Shown in pieces: positions 27,129 to 32,000 of a stretch of 32,000 bases of DNA. Made by a program: the position numbers and the translations under genes. The stretch comes from Pseudoalteromonas tetraodonis (GTDB lineage: Bacteria; Pseudomonadota; Gammaproteobacteria; Enterobacterales; Alteromonadaceae), in NCBI RefSeq assembly GCF_002310835.1, contig NZ_CP011041.1, positions 3,270,001 to 3,302,000 on the forward strand. The letters run 5' to 3'. Numbering within the stretch: the stretch's first letter is position 1; every line of letters starts with the position of its first letter. Below the pieces are notes generated by a model. The model was not told the origin of the DNA. It saw only the letters and a program-made list of their open reading frames with translations, and made no database searches.

Positions 27129-27687
27129 TGGCAGCTACCTCGCTTGCGGTTTCATCGTGGCGATAGCTTTGTACAAACTGACGAATATTTTTGCATTTTT
27201 CGTGGGTCAGGCCGCTAATTTGTAAATCGGCACTCATACCGCCGGCGCTATAAAGTCTTAAACTGGCTAAACCAAGCTTTCGCTCTATGGGCCCACGGTG
27301 TATTTCAATATGCTGCACACGCGCTAACGGTAAAATTGTCACCTGCTGCCAAATAATGCCTTTTTTAAAAGCAATATCGTGGGTACGCAACGCGCTGCCC
27401 TGTAATTTTATGCTGAACACGCTATATAACATACACAGTAAAATTAATAGCGGAACAGCAACCAATAAGTAACCTTGCGCCATAGCAGCAAAGTCTGTAT
27501 TAAAATAGCAAACAGCCGCTAGTACTAAGCAAAAAGGAATGAAAAATAACAACCAATTCAATTGTGCATGCAACAATGCTTTGTCCGCAAGCGGCTCAAA
27601 CACTATGCTTTTATGTTGCGGTAGGTCGGTTATTTGTTGATTAGTAAACACACTTTGCTCCATTACACGTATGGTAGGCTTAGCCAA
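27118..27687 (-). CDS. YdbS-like membrane protein with single bPH_2 domain
   Basis: TM hairpin (LNWLLFFIPFCLVLAAVCYF, YLLVAVPLLILLCMLYSVF) followed by ALRTHDIAFKKGIIWQQVTILPLARVQHIEIHRGPIERKLGLASLRLYSAGG. The start is ambiguous: TTG at 27687 overlaps the yeaD stop, and ATG at 27663 is the alternative. Confidence 0.8.
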   Translation of the reverse strand: MAKPTIRVMEQSVFTNQQITDLPQHKSIVFEPLADKALLHAQLNWLLFFIPFCLVLAAVCYFNTDFAAMAQGYLLVAVPLLILLCMLYSVFSIKLQGSALRTHDIAFKKGIIWQQVTILPLARVQHIEIHRGPIERKLGLASLRLYSAGGMSADLQISGLTHEKCKNIRQFVQSYRHDETASEVAAIEC

Positions 27688-28534
27688 GCCACTTAATTGT
27701 TGTTACTAGGGTATGACTTTGTTTTGGCTCAAGCGTAACCGCATCTTCAAGTACATTCGCAGCCTCTAGGCATAACATGCTTTTATAATCATCATCGGCA
27801 AAATTTGATAGCCTCTTTGATTTTTCAATCCATGGATTCCATAACACGCACGAGCGCGAGTTTTCTCTGCTAACGCTGATCATCCCTTGAGGAGTTTCAA
27901 TGGTTTGCACAGCCGCGGCTTGGGTATAAACCATATCGGTTTCACGGGTAAAACCAACCACATCACTTTGCTGATAAGGCCCTTGGCCAAATTCTATGTA
28001 TTGCGCTCCTTGCAGCCCTGTTACGCGAGTATTATTAATATCATCAGTTGGAAAGTAAGTATGCAGCGCCTGTGTATAACTAAATGGGGTGTTACCTAAA
28101 TTACAGGTGGTTAAACGCACCTCTAACTGCTCAGATAAAATAAACTCAACCCTTAAAGAAGATTGATGAGGCCAAAAGGTAGAATCTATCTGCTTCATTG
28201 GTAATTTAAGACTAACAGTAATCTCGTTCTCGGTTTCATGCACTTCATCGGCTTGCCATACGTGCGTGCGCGCAAAACCATGTGCTGGAAAGTCTTTATT
28301 TTCATGTTGACCAAACCAAGGCCAGCAAATAGGAATACCGCCACGAATGCCCTTCCCTTCACTAAAGGTTTCATCCCCAGACACCCACAATAGTGGCAAT
28401 TTACCTTTGGGTGTAAACTCAGTTATTTGCCCACCTTGTAAAAATATCTTCGCCTTACATTGGCGACTATTAATACTAATAAATTCCAAACCGCTATGTG
28501 TACGCTCAATACATACTGAGGGTGATAATTGCAT
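27680..28534 (-). CDS. yeaD: D-hexose-6-phosphate mutarotase (glucose-6-phosphate 1-epimerase, YeaD family)
   Basis: 284 aa. Hallmark IRGGIPICWPWFG, with aldose-1-epimerase-like beta-sandwich segments. ATG start. Confidence 0.9.
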   Translation of the reverse strand: MQLSPSVCIERTHSGLEFISINSRQCKAKIFLQGGQITEFTPKGKLPLLWVSGDETFSEGKGIRGGIPICWPWFGQHENKDFPAHGFARTHVWQADEVHETENEITVSLKLPMKQIDSTFWPHQSSLRVEFILSEQLEVRLTTCNLGNTPFSYTQALHTYFPTDDINNTRVTGLQGAQYIEFGQGPYQQSDVVGFTRETDMVYTQAAAVQTIETPQGMISVSRENSRSCVLWNPWIEKSKRLSNFADDDYKSMLCLEAANVLEDAVTLEPKQSHTLVTTIKWLG

Positions 28535-28948
28535 TTTATTTCCTTTAACACTGAGACTAATTTTTAGTACTTAACCTGAGTTCAGGTTACTGTACACAAA
28601 CAATAATGCATGCTTAAAGCATAAGCTACATAGAATAGTTATTTAAATTGAGTTAGTTACTATATTTTTATGCCACATCAACGGCTCAATTACGACTAAA
28701 GTTTTAAACCTGTGGCTTGCGTATCGCTTTTAACTTACGTAAGGTGCGCAGCCTTAGCAAACAGAGTGTTATTAACTTTTAATAAAATAAAGATAATAAA
28801 TGCCATTTTAATTACTGCTCAAATTAATAAAAACCAATAAAAACTAATAACAGCGGGCTAAAACAACATATATCATTTGAATTCAATTTATTTGATGTGT
28901 AACATTTCGTGATTACGGCAACTGATTCGCCTTTCATGAGACAAACAA

Positions 28949-29431
28949 ATGCAAAAATATGACGAGTTACTAGTTTCTTTACGCAAGGTGATCCGTGCGA
29001 TTGACTTACATTCAAAACAACTTAATAAAACAGCGGGTTTAACTGGACCACAACTGCTTATTATGCAAGAAGTGTCTCAAACTGATGGTATTACCGCCAG
29101 TCGTATTGCGCAAAACGTCAATTTAAGTCCGGCAACGGTCACAAATATTCTTGACCGAATAGAAAGCAAGAATTTGGTAACACGCGTTCGTAGTCAAATG
29201 GACAAACGCCGGGTCAGCTTATACCTTACTGAACAAGGTAAAGAATTACTCGAAAAAGCGCCTCAGCCCTTGCAAGAACACTTTATCGAAAAATTTTCAG
29301 CGCTTGCTGAATGGGAACAGAGCCTACTACTTTCATCAATGCAACGTATTGCCGCAATGATGGATGCAGATAAGCTAGATGCCTCTCCTCTTTTAGAAGT
29401 AGGCGCACTGTTTCAAACTTCTAAAGAATAA
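28949..29431 (+). CDS. MarR family transcriptional regulator
   Basis: 160 aa. Winged-HTH: GLTGPQLLIMQEVSQTDGITASRIAQNVNLSPATVTNILDRIESKNLVTRVRSQMDKRRVSLYLTEQG. Confidence 0.9.
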   Translation: MQKYDELLVSLRKVIRAIDLHSKQLNKTAGLTGPQLLIMQEVSQTDGITASRIAQNVNLSPATVTNILDRIESKNLVTRVRSQMDKRRVSLYLTEQGKELLEKAPQPLQEHFIEKFSALAEWEQSLLLSSMQRIAAMMDADKLDASPLLEVGALFQTSKE

Positions 29432-29492
29432 AACGCAGTATAAAAACAATAAACTAAATTAGTCTGCCATTTTCTCCTTTTTCCACACTAAG

Positions 29493-29519
29493 AGGCGCAT
29501 CGTTGCGCCTTTATTTTTT
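29493..29519 (+). terminator. Rho-independent terminator/attenuator between marR and the porin gene
   Basis: aggcgca-tcgt-tgcgcct followed by ttatttttt. It ends 22 nt before the porin ATG. Confidence 0.75.
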
Positions 29520-29541
29520 AATCACAATCAAAACGGCTATT

Positions 29542-30828
29542 ATGACTAAACTCTCAAAACTAACACTCGCATTAATTTTAAGTGGTGTTGCTAGCAATTC
29601 TTATGCATCAAATCTTCAACCTCTCCAAAGCCAATTAACGCAGTTAAAGCAACAAGTAGATAAACTTGAAAGCAAACTCGCTGAAAAAAAGTCTCAGCAA
29701 GTAGAACAAGTTAGTAAACAGTTGCAAGCTACTTCTACAGATACTGCACAGCAAGAAAAGCAATCATCTGGAATAAAGGTAGGAGGTGCTATTCGCGCTA
29801 ACTACGGTATAAACTCTTACGATGAAGACAATGAAGATCGCGGTGGTGACTTTGATTTTGATATTTTCCGGTTAAATGTCTCTGGCGAAATTAATGATAT
29901 TTCAGTCAATGGTGAAATACGCTTTTACGATTATATGACTGTCGTAAAGTACGCTTACTTAGGGTACGAATTTATTGATGGCTGGGAAGCTCAGGCAGGC
30001 ATAACAGCCGTGCCGTTTGGTAACGGTCCTTATAATTCCCACAGCTACTTTTTTAGCACTAACTACTATGTTGGCCTAGAAGATGATTTTGATTTAGGTG
30101 TGGTTGCTAAGCGCAAACTTAAAGACAACTGGACACTTGATTTAGGCTTTTTCAAAAATGATGAACTGGGTGGAGTTGATGGCTCAGCATCAGACAAAAA
30201 TCATCGTTACTCTTATGATATTGTTGGTAGTCGCCCTGCAGATGAAGGCACCTATGCCGAGCCAGCAAAGCAACTTGGTGAATACAACACCTTTGCTGGT
30301 CGCGCTACTTATCAGCTTGAGCATAGTAAAAATATCACAACTGACATCGGGGTATCGTTACTCAGTGGTGGACTTCACGACGGTGAAGACCGCGCTGGTA
30401 ATTACAGTGCTTGGGCTGTTCACTTAAACAGCAACATTAATAACTGGAATATTCAATTGCAACACGGTGAATATGACTACGACTTAGACGATGGTAATAA
30501 CCGCTTTGCGGTGGGTGCTTTTGACTATTATGACAGTGTATCGAGCCAAGCCACAATGACCAACTTTAATATTGCCTATGACTACGCACTAGAATGGGGC
30601 CCAGTTACCAACCTGCAGTTTTATAACGACTATGGGATCATCTACAACAAGTCAGATAATAGCGCCAATACTTGGATGAATGTAACCGGTATGAGCATTA
30701 CTGCTGGCGGATTCTTTAGTTATGTTGATTTCGTACAAGCCCGCAATCAACCCTTTATTGGCGGTACCATTATTGGTGATGGCGATACCGAGCGCCGTTT
30801 TAATATTAATTTAGGCTATTACTTTTAA
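29542..30828 (+). CDS. Putative outer-membrane porin with N-terminal periplasmic coiled coil
   Basis: The ATG at 29542 gives a clean signal peptide, MTKLSKLTLALILSGVASNSYA|S. The listed TTG at 29503 lies inside the terminator stem. Heptad-rich LQPLQSQLTQLKQQVDKLESKLAEKKSQQVEQVSKQLQ is followed by amphipathic beta-strands and the terminal motif NINLGYYF. Confidence 0.7.
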   Translation: MTKLSKLTLALILSGVASNSYASNLQPLQSQLTQLKQQVDKLESKLAEKKSQQVEQVSKQLQATSTDTAQQEKQSSGIKVGGAIRANYGINSYDEDNEDRGGDFDFDIFRLNVSGEINDISVNGEIRFYDYMTVVKYAYLGYEFIDGWEAQAGITAVPFGNGPYNSHSYFFSTNYYVGLEDDFDLGVVAKRKLKDNWTLDLGFFKNDELGGVDGSASDKNHRYSYDIVGSRPADEGTYAEPAKQLGEYNTFAGRATYQLEHSKNITTDIGVSLLSGGLHDGEDRAGNYSAWAVHLNSNINNWNIQLQHGEYDYDLDDGNNRFAVGAFDYYDSVSSQATMTNFNIAYDYALEWGPVTNLQFYNDYGIIYNKSDNSANTWMNVTGMSITAGGFFSYVDFVQARNQPFIGGTIIGDGDTERRFNINLGYYF

Positions 30829-30870
30829 TAGGTAGTGCAATCAGGAAATTCTTTTCCTTTGCTAACCCTA

Positions 30871-30917
30871 AATGGCTTAGTTGATAACATGCAACTAAGC
30901 CATTTTCTCTTCATTTT
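30871..30917 (+). terminator. Rho-independent terminator after the porin gene
   Basis: Perfect 13-bp stem aatggcttagttg / caactaagccatt with an 8-nt loop, then a T-rich tract. Confidence 0.75.
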
Positions 30918-30970
30918 ACCTTTTAATTAGCTTACCCTTTTACCGTTTAATTAATTAAAAAAGAGCTAAA

Positions 30971-31366
30971 GTGAGCATAAAAAACGTTTTTATTTATTAT
31001 AAAAATTTCGGCTTTAAATTGCTGGGGCTACTGTGTGTATTACTGGGCATTATTGGTGTTGCCCTACCGGTTATGCCAACCACGCCGTTTTTAATTTTAG
31101 CCTTAGCCTGTTTTGCTCGCTCATCCGTGGCGCTTGAGTCTTGGCTATTAAACCACCCTCGCTTTGGCACAACATTACAACATTGGCGCGCCCATCAAGT
31201 GGTTCCTGTAAAGGCAAAGTATGCTGCGGGTATAGGTATGCTAATAGGCTTTATATTTTTATTATACAACAGCCCTCCAGCTTGGATTATTGCCCTAGTG
31301 GCTGTTGTTGAAGTGCTGGTTATGGCTTACTTAATTTCTAAGCCCTCAGCTCCTCCTAAAAAATAA
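30971..31366 (+). CDS. ybaN: DUF454 family inner-membrane protein (YbaN-like)
   Basis: GTG start. LLGLLCVLLGIIGVALPVMPTTPFLILALACFARSS ... HPRFG is the typical YbaN signature. 131 aa. Confidence 0.85.
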   Translation: MSIKNVFIYYKNFGFKLLGLLCVLLGIIGVALPVMPTTPFLILALACFARSSVALESWLLNHPRFGTTLQHWRAHQVVPVKAKYAAGIGMLIGFIFLLYNSPPAWIIALVAVVEVLVMAYLISKPSAPPKK

Positions 31367-31389
31367 AGTGTAAAGTTTGGTAAATAAAT

Positions 31390-31418
31390 TTGTAACAGCT
31401 AATGCAAATCATTATCAT
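31390..31418 (+). promoter_or_regulatory. Sigma70 promoter overlapped by a strong Fur box
   Basis: TTGTAA (31390-95), 17 nt spacer, TATCAT (31413-18). 31398-31416 (gctaatgcaaatcattatc) matches 16 of 19 positions of GATAATGATAATCATTATC. It lies 31 nt upstream of the ATG at 31449. Confidence 0.7.
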
Positions 31419-31448
31419 CCGTATAAATTAAATAACCCAGCTCCTTTT

Positions 31449-32000
31449 ATGCCCTTTGTTAATAAACGCACTTTATATAGTACAAGTCGTACCCTACATA
31501 TCTATATTTCCACCGCTTTGTTTTTTTTACTTATTCTATTTTGTGTAAGCGGTATAGTGCTAAACCATGTTGACTGGTTAAAAAACGATAAAAAAAATGG
31601 CCAAATTACGGTCCAAATCCCCCAAGATCTGCTTACTCAAGCAAATACACAATTAAATAGCCTGCCTGCTATTTATCCCCAAATAGAAGCTTATTTAGCC
31701 AAACACTATGGGCTTAATAAAGTGAAAAGCATTGAATGGGAAAAGCAAGATTCACTGGTTATGCTCGACTACCCATTACCAGCAGGCTATGCCTATGCAG
31801 AGTTTGATTTTATCAGTGGCGAATTGTTGCTCGATTATCAAACCGGTGGTTTTTTAAGTGTTATCAGCGATTTACACAAAGGTCGTCACTCAGGAGAAGT
31901 ATGGAGCTGGGTTATTGATATATCAGCGGTGCTGATGATTCTATTTGCCATCACCGGCATGATTATTTTATTTCAAAACAGAAAAAAACGCTTAGCAGGA
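31449..32000 (+). CDS. PepSY-associated TM-helix-like membrane protein, 3'-truncated by the window edge
   Basis: Absent from the ORF track because no stop is reached. ATG at 31449, with 184 open codons to nt 32000. MPFVNKRTLYSTSRTLHIYISTALFFLLILFCVSGIVLNHVDW ... HKGRHSGEVWSWVIDISAVLMILFAITGMIILFQNRKKR resembles the short PepSY_TM-like family. Confidence 0.7.
   Translation, partial: MPFVNKRTLYSTSRTLHIYISTALFFLLILFCVSGIVLNHVDWLKNDKKNGQITVQIPQDLLTQANTQLNSLPAIYPQIEAYLAKHYGLNKVKSIEWEKQDSLVMLDYPLPAGYAYAEFDFISGELLLDYQTGGFLSVISDLHKGRHSGEVWSWVIDISAVLMILFAITGMIILFQNRKKRLAG

Noticed and set aside
28735-28806. 23-codon hydrophobic minus-strand ORF (MAFIIFILLKVNNTLFAKAAHLT) in the yeaD/marR spacer, considered as a type I toxin-like peptide.
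   Set aside because: There is no SD and no recognisable antisense RNA partner or terminator. The region is AT-rich, where Phe/Ile/Leu-rich frames arise by chance.
28824-29015. 63-aa minus-strand ORF overlapping the marR start.
   Set aside because: It overlaps the well-supported marR CDS and its promoter, is Cys-rich with odd composition, and has no SD.
10333-30971. Apparent excess of non-ATG starts: GTG for ptrB, the 191-aa gene, the 937-aa gene and ybaN; TTG for the PQ-loop gene, ydbT and possibly ydbS.
   Set aside because: Each case is individually plausible: it is either the only available start, or it is supported by an SD or signal peptide. The fraction is not clearly outside normal bacterial ranges. 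These are better treated as start-site uncertainties than as a biological signal.
1-32000. Looked for tRNA/rRNA genes, CRISPR repeat-spacer periodicity, IS/transposon terminal repeats, integrase/recombinase, phage, restriction-modification or toxin-antitoxin genes, and abrupt composition shifts.
   Set aside because: None found by eye. The only GGTTCGA-like string (about 6839-6846) lies inside the hydrolase CDS without a tRNA cloverleaf context. The window looks like core chromosome rather than an accessory island. A tRNAscan/Infernal/ISfinder run would be needed for certainty.

Overview
This 32-kb stretch reads like core chromosome of an AT-rich marine gammaproteobacterium. Gene content looks Alteromonadales/Pseudoalteromonas-like, but that is inference only. 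About 26 tightly packed protein genes lie on both strands:
- a 5'-truncated sulfotransferase
- a 1151-aa solute-symporter-fused hybrid histidine kinase (CbrA/CrbS type)
- rbgA/ylqF, yaeQ, an alpha/beta hydrolase, dps (with an OxyR-type site) and ptrB
- a two-gene RND efflux pump
- two further unrelated Zn-peptidases
- a PhzF-like isomerase and a two-repeat PQ-loop membrane protein
- two PepSY-TM genes, each behind a Fur-box promoter
- an overlapping yeaD-ydbS-ydbT operon
- marR, a coiled-coil porin and ybaN

I found no rRNA, tRNA, CRISPR array, integrase/transposase, IS ends, phage genes, recognisable defence or toxin-antitoxin genes, or obvious compositional island. I therefore cannot support a clear-cut novel system here.

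The best leads are:
1. an orphan promoter-to-terminator, ORF-less, structured ~215-nt candidate sRNA at 4458-4709, beside the transporter-fused kinase
2. a possibly iron-linked envelope gene group at 20.2-25.5 kb, centred on a 937-aa peptidase/beta-propeller/barrel-like chimera
3. the translationally coupled yeaD-ydbS-ydbT operon

All functional calls come from motif recognition by eye on the supplied translations. No searches were run.
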